Sequence record: OU343167.1 | DNA length: 64,000 nucleotides | Strand: one strand, 5' to 3' | Shown here: one piece after another, positions 50,064-60,104 of the stretch | Layout: every line of letters begins with the position of its first letter | Numbering within the stretch: the first letter of the stretch is position 1 | Notes under the pieces: generated by a model | Told to the model about the DNA's origin: nothing | What the model saw: the letters and a program-made list of their open reading frames with translations, nothing else | The model's database searches: none | Made by a program: the position numbers and the translations under genes

Positions 50064-50810
50064 ATGTCTCAACAATCCCAAGGCCCTGCCCTCTCTCCGT
50101 TCTCTGTAATGTCCACTTGGCTACATGCTGATCCGGTAGAAGGTTCTCAGAAACGTCCTAACCTGCGTTTCGGTGTCTTTGGTAACGTACCTCGCCTGAC
50201 CGTACGTACTAACGTTCAAGGTGATCTGAATAACGGTAAGATTGAATTCAAAACTGACCTGGCTACTTTTGCAGCTGCAATGAAGTATGCACGGGATCTT
50301 GTCGATGGTAAAGATGTTCCTCAAGAACGTAAGTTTGTTCACCAAGATGACTTTGTTGGCGGTAAAAAGATCGATAAGATCATTCCGATCACCACACTGG
50401 TAATCGGCCGCGAACAGAACTCTGGTCGTATTTACATTGCTCTTATCTCTTCTCAGCAACAGCGCCCGCGTATTCGGTTCTTCTTCGGTCCGTCGAAATA
50501 TCACACCATTCTGAATGGTGATGGTTCTCCCATCTCTCCGAAAGAGATGTCCGAAGCTTACGCTACCGGTTTCCTGGAACCGGCCACTGCAATCATTTAC
50601 CAGATGATGGTAAGCAGTTTTGACCAGAACGCTAAGAACGTAGCCAACCCAGCTAACTTTGGTAACGGTGGCGGCGGTGGTCAACGTCAAGGTGGCTATA
50701 ATGGCGGCAACCGTGGTGGTAATAGCGGTGGTGCTCCTCAAGGTTACAATCGTCCGTCCTCCGGTGGTTTCCAGGACAATGGCTTTGACGATTCCATTCC
50801 TGACTTCTAA
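50064..50810 (+). CDS. chmC: Phage nucleus RNA-binding protein ChmC (phiKZ gp67/PhiPA3 gp61-like)
   Basis: 248 aa; folded N-terminal domain plus a G/N/Q/R-rich disordered tail. Immediately upstream of the sigma-like nvRNAP subunit, as in characterised phages. Confidence 0.75.
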   Translation: MSQQSQGPALSPFSVMSTWLHADPVEGSQKRPNLRFGVFGNVPRLTVRTNVQGDLNNGKIEFKTDLATFAAAMKYARDLVDGKDVPQERKFVHQDDFVGGKKIDKIIPITTLVIGREQNSGRIYIALISSQQQRPRIRFFFGPSKYHTILNGDGSPISPKEMSEAYATGFLEPATAIIYQMMVSSFDQNAKNVANPANFGNGGGGGQRQGGYNGGNRGGNSGGAPQGYNRPSSGGFQDNGFDDSIPDF

Positions 50811-50817
50811 ATAAATC

Positions 50818-50854
50818 TACAGCATCTCTTTGGTAAACACCGAGAGATGCTGTA
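50818..50854 (+). terminator. Hairpin terminator
   Basis: TACAGCATCTCT ... AGAGATGCTGTA, 12-bp stem. Confidence 0.65.
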
Positions 50855-50891
50855 TGCCCTCTATTTCCTGACATTAAAAAATATCTCAGAT

Positions 50892-50909
50892 CTATATTAC
50901 AACTGTGCA
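50892..50909 (+). promoter_or_regulatory. Early promoter CTATATTAC-N5-TGCA
   Basis: Exact motif upstream of 50933. Confidence 0.75.
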
Positions 50910-50932
50910 TCACCAGAACTAAAGAGGTATAA

Positions 50933-52510
50933 ATGCGCATCGACGTTACTGGGGTACAAGGCAACGGCTTTGTGGAAGTAACCACTAGCCATAAAGGAAA
51001 CGAAATCAAGTGGAGTACAAGGGCTTATAGCAAAGTAAAACTCAATGATCCAACTCGTGTTTTCAAGGAATTTAATGATTACCTAGAAAGCTGCGATGAG
51101 GCTGATCAAGATCGTATCTGGAACAGCTATGTCAAAATCAACGATCTGTTCAAGATGGACTTCGAACCGGCGCACATCTCCAGTACGCTGATCCATTACA
51201 TCCATGAACTGTACTCAGCTCTGCCAATGAACAAACTCCGTCGTTGGCTGTTGACTATTGGTAATCTGCATATTCCACCAGAGATCCAGAAAACGATCAC
51301 TGATGAATCGCGCTACACCAAGCGTGAGCAAACTTATCTTCAACATGACTACATCAACCTCGCTACTGTGGCACTTGGTCTTCGACCGATGGTTCCGATT
51401 TGGGGAGAATACATTGATTCTGGTACGGATCAAGAACTCCACAAAGAAAACGAAGTTGTTGGTTTGATTAGCCGTTGTGAAATTGCTAACTGGCCGCTAC
51501 TTGAAAAAGATGAAGTGGGTGAAGATGTAGATGCGGCATTTGACAAACTGGAAGGGTACGTCAAATTCTGCGTTGAAGATGAACCGACTACTTTGGGTAG
51601 CCTTTGGCGTGGTATGAGTTCAGTTGAAATTCCAGTACATCTTCGTTCGAAGGTTCTGGTTCGCCGACTGACAATCGTTCCTCTGAACGATCCAATGTCC
51701 CACTCTATCGTAGCTAACACGTTCCGTTACGTACGTAGCAATCTCAATCCTGCCGAGCGTAGTCCAACTGATCGCGTTAATGAAAAGCGTCCAGAAGGCG
51801 GCGGTGGTGACGACGAAGATAAAACTTCGTTTATTGAGGCACACAAGACGAAAGGTCGAGTTAGCCCAGGTGACATTGAGGCATACAACATCGATGCGAT
51901 GGATTATGAGCTACTGGCACAAACGGTAGATCCTACTATCGACATGGAGAAACTGAGAAAATGTATTAGTTGCGTGAGTCAGGTCGCGAACTTTGAGATC
52001 CGTCCTCACCAAGTACTACTGGCACAATGGGTAATGGCAAAAGCTTTCCCGGCGCGTGCTTTCTATCATATCTCCAAACTGCCAGTCAATACACTGTTGG
52101 CAACTACCCAGGCTCTACTGTGGCATTGGGGTTACCTTGATGTAGCTGTGTTCCTACAAGTCGAACCTGTTTATCACGGTGAACATGGATCGACTAATCA
52201 GCTTAGTAATACCCGAAGTGGTTCGAGAATTGCTCAGAAGTATAAGGCACAGCTCGATGAACTCTATCCGCATATGAAACTCGCTAAGGTCCCCCAATCG
52301 GGAGAGATTCCTAAGCCAGATAACATGGCGGGTATTGCAGTGAATAACTGTAACCAGTCCATCCGCTCCTCTACTTGGATCTATCATGGTCCACCTGAGC
52401 TGTTCAAGCTTTCTGGTCAGATTGCTCAGAACAACATTCTGATTCCACCTCCAAATATCAAGCACACGATCACCGAAGTGGTTCTACACCTCGCTCAGAT
52501 CAACCAGTAA
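50933..52510 (+). CDS. nvRNAP sigma-like promoter-specificity subunit (phiKZ gp68-like)
   Basis: 525 aa; QTYL..DY..L and LRPMVPIWGEY motifs; synteny and size. Confidence 0.75.
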   Translation: MRIDVTGVQGNGFVEVTTSHKGNEIKWSTRAYSKVKLNDPTRVFKEFNDYLESCDEADQDRIWNSYVKINDLFKMDFEPAHISSTLIHYIHELYSALPMNKLRRWLLTIGNLHIPPEIQKTITDESRYTKREQTYLQHDYINLATVALGLRPMVPIWGEYIDSGTDQELHKENEVVGLISRCEIANWPLLEKDEVGEDVDAAFDKLEGYVKFCVEDEPTTLGSLWRGMSSVEIPVHLRSKVLVRRLTIVPLNDPMSHSIVANTFRYVRSNLNPAERSPTDRVNEKRPEGGGGDDEDKTSFIEAHKTKGRVSPGDIEAYNIDAMDYELLAQTVDPTIDMEKLRKCISCVSQVANFEIRPHQVLLAQWVMAKAFPARAFYHISKLPVNTLLATTQALLWHWGYLDVAVFLQVEPVYHGEHGSTNQLSNTRSGSRIAQKYKAQLDELYPHMKLAKVPQSGEIPKPDNMAGIAVNNCNQSIRSSTWIYHGPPELFKLSGQIAQNNILIPPPNIKHTITEVVLHLAQINQ

Positions 52511-52529
52511 AATTCAAGAGGTAAATTAC

Positions 52530-54164
52530 ATGCACGGAATCAACATGGGCATTTCCGCTGGTGCAGCTGTCAACTCGAAGCTGTCCGTACAGAACTTTGT
52601 TCTGGTGGAAACCGGCACCTATCAAGAACAGCACATTCGACCTTTCTCGATTAATGCTAACCAAGAAGTAGCTCGTCAACTGGAACAAGCTACAAATGGT
52701 GGCATGAACCTTCGGGTAAGTGCTGTACAAGAAGTAGCTTCTTCGGTTATCACTCCCCAAGCATCGGTAGAAGGTAGTGTCGGTATTGCACATGGCTGGC
52801 GTTCTCGCCGGTTCCGCTTCTTGATGAAAGTGAATGAGCAACATCCATTCATTGCGGGAACGCTGACTCAACGTATCTTCTTTGGCTATAGTGACCACGC
52901 TGACGCATCTCAGAATTATCTGCCGGATGACATGCGTATCTACTTCAACTCCGAAACTATCATTGCTCAAGCTATTCAACAAACCATTCATGGTCCCCAA
53001 CACGTTGCGTCGATCGTAGGTTCCAACCAGATCGTTTCTCCTGTTGACATGATGGGTGGAATGAATGGAATGTTCTCTCGTGCAACTGCTCACCTGATCC
53101 GTCCTGAAGATATCTTTAGTATTGGTCAAACAGCGCATGTGGCACAGAAACTGCAAAGCTCTGGTTTGTTTGACGGAATGATCAATCGGTCCATCGACCA
53201 TCGCACGATGGTTGGTGAAGGAGGAGCATACAAGTATAGCCAACGTCGAGATACCTCTCCAACTCGTTATCTGTCGAATACTCTTGGCGCATACCAACAT
53301 GCTGTCAAAGAGAATGCAATGGAGAACCAAGGGGATGATCTGTTCGGGGCTCCTGATAAAGATGTAATGTTTGGTGAAGCTGCTGCCCAGTGCAGGAACC
53401 AGCAGATCCATACTAACACCTTCTTGGCTGTTCTTAAAGATCATGCCGGGTATATGGAGAATGGCTATATCACTTTCCGTGATCTCAAGCGGCTCTTCCC
53501 TGAATGCGGCACCCAACAGGTTACTCAGTTCTCCATGAACGATGGCCGTTCAATCCGTCGTATTTCTCAGGCAGAAGACTCCGAAGTTTGGAGCGGTGCA
53601 GACTATACCTCCATTGGTGCAAGTCTGTTGGCACAGACCATTCCGTCGATCATGATGGATACCTTCCTCCGCACTTGCTCGTTTGCTGTAACTAATGGTA
53701 CTGGTCCGAATAACTATTCGTTCGAGTTCCATCCGCAGAACTCTAAGGCTATCATTGATAACCTGGACATGCGTCAATACATTCTGGAATTCGAACGCCG
53801 CCTGGCTATCGATATCCTGAACAACATCACCCGTGGTAACCAGCTGCCGTTCCGTATCTCGATGCATTCGGACTTGGCTGGTGACTCGATCATCGATATT
53901 GCCATCGGTGGTCAGTCGCTGACTCGTTTCATTGCACCGACCTTTACGGATAGTCTGTTCTCCCCGATGATTACCCGTAACGAGCAACACCCGACTAACC
54001 TGTCTGGTGATATGCTGTGGCTGGTACAAGAAGTAATTCCCAATCCGACTCAACATCAGGCTCTTCAGTCTGTCGGTTACCAACATCCGGTAGCTGCACC
54101 CATCATGATGCCTAACGCTATTAACCAAGGAGCAAGCAATGTCGTTGATCTTGGACTCGTATAA
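52530..54164 (+). CDS. picA: Phage nucleus protein importer PicA/Imp1 (phiKZ gp69-like)
   Basis: 544 aa, directly after the sigma-like subunit; ETGTY, GW..RRFRF and RP.DIF motifs. Assignment is by synteny and size. Confidence 0.75.
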   Translation: MHGINMGISAGAAVNSKLSVQNFVLVETGTYQEQHIRPFSINANQEVARQLEQATNGGMNLRVSAVQEVASSVITPQASVEGSVGIAHGWRSRRFRFLMKVNEQHPFIAGTLTQRIFFGYSDHADASQNYLPDDMRIYFNSETIIAQAIQQTIHGPQHVASIVGSNQIVSPVDMMGGMNGMFSRATAHLIRPEDIFSIGQTAHVAQKLQSSGLFDGMINRSIDHRTMVGEGGAYKYSQRRDTSPTRYLSNTLGAYQHAVKENAMENQGDDLFGAPDKDVMFGEAAAQCRNQQIHTNTFLAVLKDHAGYMENGYITFRDLKRLFPECGTQQVTQFSMNDGRSIRRISQAEDSEVWSGADYTSIGASLLAQTIPSIMMDTFLRTCSFAVTNGTGPNNYSFEFHPQNSKAIIDNLDMRQYILEFERRLAIDILNNITRGNQLPFRISMHSDLAGDSIIDIAIGGQSLTRFIAPTFTDSLFSPMITRNEQHPTNLSGDMLWLVQEVIPNPTQHQALQSVGYQHPVAAPIMMPNAINQGASNVVDLGLV

Positions 54165-55458
54165 GTCTGTACTCCCCTCGTTCGCCTGCGAGTTCGATGA
54201 AGAAGGTTATATCAGCCTCCGTAATCCGGTAGGTACTGCTTCTCCTTCGACCGTAGACGGTAAACGTCTTGTAATCCCAACCGATAAGTTCCTTCGCAAG
54301 GGATTCGGTGAAGACTTCCAGCCGTTCCACCCGCTGAGTGAAGCATTGAGTCGCCGGGGTACTTCCCCGGTGATTCAGTATCTGCAACGCGCAGCAAAAG
54401 CACACATTAGTTTCGTCGTCCACAAAATGGCCGAACAACTTCTGACCATCGCAGCGGACAAGTCGTCCCACAAGGACCTGCCGCCGGATGCAACTGACTT
54501 CCTGAAGAAACTGGCAGATGCGGATAAAGCAACTGTCAGTCTGTTCGAGAAACTGATGCCTGCTGCTACTAAGAAGAACCGACTGGTTGCAGTTTACTTG
54601 AAGAATGGCGGTACTTTCGATGGTAAGAAAGTAAATCGCATGGCGATCATTCGTTTCCCCATCCTGGAAGATCTTCAGGCTGAAACCGATGACGTTCTTG
54701 GCATCAAGATGGCGAAGAAGCAACGTAAGGTTCTTACTGCGCTGTTCAAACTGATCGTTCCGTTCGGCGATAACCCGGAAGAGTACGCTTTTGGTACTAC
54801 CAGCCGTGTTGCACCGTACTATACCAGTCTTCTGACTGCGTATCACAAAGTAATCGTGATGCTCAATCAGCTGATTAACCGGTACGCGATTCCACTGCAA
54901 ATCCCCGTCAATCTTATTCCTGTGTTTGATCTGGATCTGATCGACGAGTTCCCGAAGATCTATAACCTTATCCCTCCGCTGAATGGCAACCTCGGTGGTC
55001 GTGATGAGGATACTCCGGAAACTGCCGAAGCTGTACAAACCCAGCAACAAGCACCGAGCGTTACTGCTCCACAAGCCAGTACTCCTCAGCTGACTCGTCC
55101 CGCCGCAGTTGTTAGCAAACCTGTAGAAAAAGATACTGTCTCCATGAGCGAATTCATGGCTGCACAGAATCCCCAACCGCAGATGATGCAGCAGCAAATG
55201 GGAATGATGATGCCGATGAATAACGGCATGATGATGCCAGGCAATGGCATGATGCAGATGAATGGCATGGGTGGGATGATGCAACCTATGCAAATGGGTA
55301 ACATGCAGCCCCAGGGTATCCAAGCGAACGCGCCCATTCCCGCGTGGATGGGTGGCCAACAACAGGGCATGATGATGATGGGTAACGGTCAACCGGCCAA
55401 CCCGTACATGCAGGCTGTGGCTGGCATGCGTCAAACCAATGGTCTTGGATTGGTGTAA
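54139..55458 (+). CDS. Conserved nucleus-block protein (phiKZ gp70-like) with Met/Gln/Gly low-complexity tail
   Basis: 439 aa; FHPLSE motif; 28 Met in the last 104 residues. Confidence 0.8.
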   Translation: MSLILDSYKSVLPSFACEFDEEGYISLRNPVGTASPSTVDGKRLVIPTDKFLRKGFGEDFQPFHPLSEALSRRGTSPVIQYLQRAAKAHISFVVHKMAEQLLTIAADKSSHKDLPPDATDFLKKLADADKATVSLFEKLMPAATKKNRLVAVYLKNGGTFDGKKVNRMAIIRFPILEDLQAETDDVLGIKMAKKQRKVLTALFKLIVPFGDNPEEYAFGTTSRVAPYYTSLLTAYHKVIVMLNQLINRYAIPLQIPVNLIPVFDLDLIDEFPKIYNLIPPLNGNLGGRDEDTPETAEAVQTQQQAPSVTAPQASTPQLTRPAAVVSKPVEKDTVSMSEFMAAQNPQPQMMQQQMGMMMPMNNGMMMPGNGMMQMNGMGGMMQPMQMGNMQPQGIQANAPIPAWMGGQQQGMMMMGNGQPANPYMQAVAGMRQTNGLGLV

Positions 55459-55460
55459 GA

Positions 55461-55498
55461 CGGCATAAAGCAGGGGGCCTTAGGGTCCCCTGCTATTG
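55461..55498. terminator. Bidirectional terminator
   Basis: CGGCATAAAGCAGGGGGCC-ttag-GGTCCCCTGCTATTG. Confidence 0.8.
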
Positions 55499-55500
55499 CT

Positions 55501-55863
55501 TTAAAATTTTCGACTAGTGTAGAACTGTTGTAATGCACCGATCTCGTTGTTAGATGGCTTGATCAAGATATTGTTGTACACTTTGTCTAAAGGGTTACGG
55601 ACATCTGCTGCAAACTGGTTTGGATTTTCCATGCCATTAACACGCAAATAAATCCAATGGAGTTCAGGCTCAATACCGATCTCTGTTAAATACCCATAAA
55701 AGTTTCCTTCGTATTGCCAGTACAACCCATTCGGAATCTCTACTCTAACCGAGTTGATATTACGGAGAATGTTGATATGTGTTTCGACAATTAAACGGAA
55801 AGCTGGATCATAAAACATTGATGCTCCACCGTCACCGGTTTGTTCCATAATTGTAAATGCCAT
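55501..55863 (-). CDS. Conserved hypothetical protein (120 aa)
   Basis: Minus-strand ORF with YEGNFYGYL and WIYLRVNG motifs. Confidence 0.7.
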   Translation of the reverse strand: MAFTIMEQTGDGGASMFYDPAFRLIVETHINILRNINSVRVEIPNGLYWQYEGNFYGYLTEIGIEPELHWIYLRVNGMENPNQFAADVRNPLDKVYNNILIKPSNNEIGALQQFYTSRKF

Positions 55864-55895
55864 AGAGGAATCCTACAAAAAAATAATTTTCACAT

Positions 55896-55913
55896 CTATA
55901 TAATCATTCTGCA
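55896..55913 (+). promoter_or_regulatory. Promoter variant CTATATAAT-N5-TGCA
   Basis: Same architecture as the other copies; upstream of the RNAP beta-C gene. Confidence 0.6.
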
Positions 55914-55936
55914 CCAACGATCAACAGGAGTTATAG

Positions 55937-58048
55937 ATGCAAAGTCTACCAAATGCCATCCGTGAAATTAACCTGCGTTTGCTCGGTCACGCGGCAATTG
56001 ATCCATATTACGGAACAACCTCCGCGGCACGCGGTGCCATGTTGCTGTCACATATTGGACAATCGCCAGTAGTGGAAGGGAACGAGCCACGTCGGGTAAT
56101 GGCGGGTATCGAAATGCGTTATGCTGAACATACCTTCGATATTCGTTTCCCAACGGATTGCGTTGTTCTGAATATTATCCGTAAGTATCCCACTGGTGTG
56201 GGTCGTGGATCTATTCGACATAACCCCGTAACTACGATCGTGTATGAGGAGTATTACGACGAGTTTAAACGAATCGGTGTTATCCATGTACCAGAGTACC
56301 TAAGCTTTCACCAGGACTTTGGATTCAAACTTGAGAAGCAGAAAGATGTATGGAATAACCTTGCCGTTGGTGAGATGTTTGCCAAAGATACGGTTATTGC
56401 ACAATCCACAACTGTAAAAGAAAATGGTCTTCTGGGCATGGGCGTTAACGCCACCGTGATGTTCGGTTCTATGCCTGGTACTATTGAGGACGGTTTCGTA
56501 TTCTGCGATGAGTTCCTTCGGGAGAAGATGGCTCCTCGTACTTATACAACCGCTACTGGCGGAGCTGGTAAGAAAGCATTCTTCCTCAATATGTACGGTG
56601 ACGATAAAAACATCAAGCTCTTCCCTGATATCGGTGAACGTATTCGTGATGATGGTGTTATCTTCGCTGTTCGAGACCTTGACGACGATCTCTCGCCAGC
56701 TGAAATGACTCCACGTGCATTGCGCACTCTCGATCGTACGTTTGACCGTGCCGTAATTGGTGATCCGGGCGCAATCATTAAAGACATCAAAGTGTATTGG
56801 GATGATCGTCAAAATCCATCTTATACTCCGAGTGGTATGGATGGACAACTGCGGAAGTACTATGACGCACTGGCGTCGTATTACCGTGAGATCATCAAGG
56901 TATATAAAGGTCTGTCTGCCCGCCGTAAAGATCGCCTCCATATGACCGAGGAGTTTCGTCAACTTGTAGTAGAAGCGATGATCTATCTGCCTCAAGCCGA
57001 AGGTCAACGTAAGCTGACCCGTATGTATCGTCTGGATCAACTTGATGAATGGCGTGTTGAAATCACCTATGAATCGATTAAAGAACCGGGCGGTGCATAT
57101 AAAGCCACTGATTTCCATGGCGGCAAAGGTGTCGTTTGTAAGATCATGAAGCGAGCAGATATGCCTCGTGACGTGAATGGTAACGTTGCAGATGTTGTTA
57201 TCTTTGGCGGCTCGACTATGCGTCGTTCTAACTATGGTCGTATCTATGAACATGGTTTCGGTGCAGCATCTCGCGATCTGGCTCAACGTCTCCGAGTTGA
57301 ATGTGGGCTAGAGCGTCATGGTTCCTATGAACTTGACGACGTTGTAAACCATATCAGAAACAATCCTGACTTTGTCAAGTATGCCTTTAATGAGCTGCTT
57401 GATTTCTATGCAATCGTTACTCCGACAATGCATGGAATGGTTAAGGATCACCCGAATCCGATTCAACATGTATCGCATGTATTGAGAGATGGTTTTGCGT
57501 ACTTGTATTCCCCGGTTGATGACCCCGTACATTTGCCGACAGCAAGTAACCAAATCCTTAATTCTCGCTTCTGTCCAACATATGCACCGGTGACATATCG
57601 AGATCAAACAGGTAAAGAAGTAACGACAAAAGACCCAATGTTGCTTGGCCCGCTATACATGATGCTGCTCGAAAAGATCGGTGAAGACTGGTCGGCCGTA
57701 GCATCGGTGAAGACTCAACAGTTTGGTCTACCATCGAAACTGAATAACTCCGATCGGTCCAGTACACCTGGTCGAGAAAGCGCTATTCGTTCGTTTGGTG
57801 AATCTGAGACTCGATCTTACAACTGTACGGTCGGTGCACTACCCACGGTAGAACTGTTGGATCAAACCAATAACCCCGAAGCACACATTGCTGTGATCAA
57901 CTCTATCCTCACTGCGGATAAACCGTCCAACATTGAGAAAGCAGTTGATCGTTCCAAAATCCCATTCGGTAACTCCCGACCAGTTGGACTTCTGTCGCAC
58001 TTGTTGGAATGCCGTGGATTGCAGTTCAAGTACGCGCCCGGTGTTTAA
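55937..58048 (+). CDS. nvRNAP beta subunit, C-terminal half (phiKZ gp71-73-like), uninterrupted
   Basis: SAARGAM, EDGF, DFHGGKG, GRIYE, GPLYMMLLEK and RSFGESE beta motifs. Confidence 0.92.
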   Translation: MQSLPNAIREINLRLLGHAAIDPYYGTTSAARGAMLLSHIGQSPVVEGNEPRRVMAGIEMRYAEHTFDIRFPTDCVVLNIIRKYPTGVGRGSIRHNPVTTIVYEEYYDEFKRIGVIHVPEYLSFHQDFGFKLEKQKDVWNNLAVGEMFAKDTVIAQSTTVKENGLLGMGVNATVMFGSMPGTIEDGFVFCDEFLREKMAPRTYTTATGGAGKKAFFLNMYGDDKNIKLFPDIGERIRDDGVIFAVRDLDDDLSPAEMTPRALRTLDRTFDRAVIGDPGAIIKDIKVYWDDRQNPSYTPSGMDGQLRKYYDALASYYREIIKVYKGLSARRKDRLHMTEEFRQLVVEAMIYLPQAEGQRKLTRMYRLDQLDEWRVEITYESIKEPGGAYKATDFHGGKGVVCKIMKRADMPRDVNGNVADVVIFGGSTMRRSNYGRIYEHGFGAASRDLAQRLRVECGLERHGSYELDDVVNHIRNNPDFVKYAFNELLDFYAIVTPTMHGMVKDHPNPIQHVSHVLRDGFAYLYSPVDDPVHLPTASNQILNSRFCPTYAPVTYRDQTGKEVTTKDPMLLGPLYMMLLEKIGEDWSAVASVKTQQFGLPSKLNNSDRSSTPGRESAIRSFGESETRSYNCTVGALPTVELLDQTNNPEAHIAVINSILTADKPSNIEKAVDRSKIPFGNSRPVGLLSHLLECRGLQFKYAPGV

Positions 58049-58074
58049 CCGGGCTGCACGCCAAGAGGTAAATA

Positions 58075-60048
58075 ATGAATCAGTATAAAGCACGTGATCT
58101 TCTCAATATGAGTTACGATGAACTCTGGGCGATTCCAAGTGAATGGCATGAGATCATCTTTGATGACGGGGAGAAACTCTATGCAAAAGATCGGATCACC
58201 AAGCTGTCGGTTCTGCTCTGGTATCCACTGAAAGCTTTCCCTGATGCCCCGGTTCTGAAAGATTACCATCTGGCATCTACTCGGGTTACCTCTAAATCTC
58301 TTGTGAAATACCTGAACAAAGTTATTTGGGGTATTCATGCATGGAGTGGTGAACAGATCGATCCAGAGGTTTTGGCTAAACTGGCTATTGAAGGAAAGAA
58401 TTGGCTTTATAATGAAACCACTACTCGACTGAGTGCTTACATTGCAACCCTGTCGATCTTTGACATTATGGAAGTGTACAATCACCCGGCAGTTAGAAAG
58501 GCTAACCAAGATGTACAGCCTACTACGTACGGGATTGAAAACATTTCTTACGGGATGATCAAAGAAGCATTCAACGACGAAACACAGTTCCGTGGTAACA
58601 GCATCATTGAGGGCCTGCGCTCGGGTACGCAGAAAATGGAGCAATTGCTTCAGGCATACGGACCACGTGGTTTCCCGACAGACATTAACTCTGATATTTT
58701 CAGTGAACCGTGTACCACTGGTTACATTGATGGTATTTGGGGTTTGTATGAAAACATGATCGAATCCCGATCGGGTACCAAAGCTCTGTTGTATAACAAA
58801 GAGCTACTGCGTGTAACCGAGTATTTCAACCGGAAGTCTCAGTTGATTGCTCAGTATGTACAGAACCTACACACTGGTGATTGTAATGGTCACTTGATCG
58901 ACTTCCCTGTAATGCAGGGTACGTTGAAAGCTCTTCGTGGCAAGTACTATCTGAACGAACAGACAGGTCAACTGGACTGGCTGAAAGGGGATGAGAAACA
59001 TCTTATCGGTAAAAAGATTAAGATGCGTTCTATTTTGGGATGTGTGCATCCGGATCCTCAGGGTGTATGTTCGCGGTGTTATGGGCGACTAAGTTTCTCT
59101 ATTCCAAAAGGAACTGTCATTGGTCAGGTATCGGCTGTATCCATGGGTGACAAAATCACTTCTGCGGTATTGTCGACAAAACACACTGATGCAACCTCGG
59201 CTGTAGAACAGTATCAGATTGGTGGCGTCGAAGCTAAGTACCTGCGAACTGGATCTGCGGCTGAAACTCTTTATCTGAAGAAAGAACTCTCGGGTAAAGG
59301 TTTCCGCTTGATGATCGGTCGTAACGAAGCCCAGAACCTGGCTGATATTCTGATGATCGATGACCTTAGTGCATATCCAGCACCGAGTGCTTCTGAACTG
59401 ACCCGTATTGGTTTGGTACGGACGGTTGATGGAGTAGACGAAGGCGATGTATTGACGGTGTCGCTGTATAACCGTCGAGCTAGTCTATCGACTGAAATGC
59501 TGCAACATATCAAACGTGTACGTTGGGAACTTGACGCTCGTGATAATATCGTGATCGATATGGCCGGGTTTGACTTTGCCCTGCCGTTCCTGACGTTGCC
59601 TAATAAGCACGTAAACATGTACGAAGTGATGAAGCGTATTCAGTCATTCCTGCACTCTGGTAGTGATACTGAAGGGTCTAAACTGAGCTCAGATAAGGTA
59701 GGTTTTACTAGCAAGACTTATCTTAAGAACTACAAAGACCCAGTTGATGCTCTGGCAGCCACTGTGTCGCTGTTGAATGAGAAGTTCTCTTTGAATGCCG
59801 TTCACTGTGAGGTTCTGGTTTATGCTATGATGGTGCGCTCTATCGCTGAACGCGATTATCGTCTGCCTAAGCCGGGTATTACGGGTCAGTTTGAAAAATA
59901 CAACAAACTGATGATGTCCCGTTCTCTTGCTGGTGCGATGTCGTTTGAGAAGCAACATGAGCCGTTGAACAATCCTGGCAGTTTCCTCTACACACTGAGG
60001 AATGACCATCCCTACGATCTTGCGGTCATGGGAGGTAAGCTGCTCTAA
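58075..60048 (+). CDS. nvRNAP beta' subunit, C-terminal half (phiKZ gp74-like)
   Basis: GPRGF, SRSGTKAL, Zn site GC.HP....C..CYG, IGQVSA...ITS..LSTKH. Confidence 0.92.
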   Translation: MNQYKARDLLNMSYDELWAIPSEWHEIIFDDGEKLYAKDRITKLSVLLWYPLKAFPDAPVLKDYHLASTRVTSKSLVKYLNKVIWGIHAWSGEQIDPEVLAKLAIEGKNWLYNETTTRLSAYIATLSIFDIMEVYNHPAVRKANQDVQPTTYGIENISYGMIKEAFNDETQFRGNSIIEGLRSGTQKMEQLLQAYGPRGFPTDINSDIFSEPCTTGYIDGIWGLYENMIESRSGTKALLYNKELLRVTEYFNRKSQLIAQYVQNLHTGDCNGHLIDFPVMQGTLKALRGKYYLNEQTGQLDWLKGDEKHLIGKKIKMRSILGCVHPDPQGVCSRCYGRLSFSIPKGTVIGQVSAVSMGDKITSAVLSTKHTDATSAVEQYQIGGVEAKYLRTGSAAETLYLKKELSGKGFRLMIGRNEAQNLADILMIDDLSAYPAPSASELTRIGLVRTVDGVDEGDVLTVSLYNRRASLSTEMLQHIKRVRWELDARDNIVIDMAGFDFALPFLTLPNKHVNMYEVMKRIQSFLHSGSDTEGSKLSSDKVGFTSKTYLKNYKDPVDALAATVSLLNEKFSLNAVHCEVLVYAMMVRSIAERDYRLPKPGITGQFEKYNKLMMSRSLAGAMSFEKQHEPLNNPGSFLYTLRNDHPYDLAVMGGKLL

Positions 60049-60063
60049 GATGGAGGTCGAGGT

Positions 60064-60085
60064 AGGGAGGGCTTTGGCTCTCCCT
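60064..60085 (+). terminator. Hairpin, possible terminator
   Basis: AGGGAGGGC-tttg-GCTCTCCCT followed by a pyrimidine tract. Confidence 0.5.
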
Positions 60086-60104
60086 TTCCCCTCGTTAATT
60101 TTTT

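Noticed and set aside
52500-57286. Long antisense ORFs 52500..53516, 54121..55434 and 56300..57286 (also 22686..23807 and 39213..40181)
   Set aside because: Shadow frames of well-supported plus-strand genes, with no motifs or SD.
55937-60048. Introns or inteins in the beta-C and beta'-C RNAP genes and the terminase
   Set aside because: The ORFs are continuous and of the expected length, with no intein splice motifs or group I elements seen, unlike the intron-split phiKZ gp71-73.
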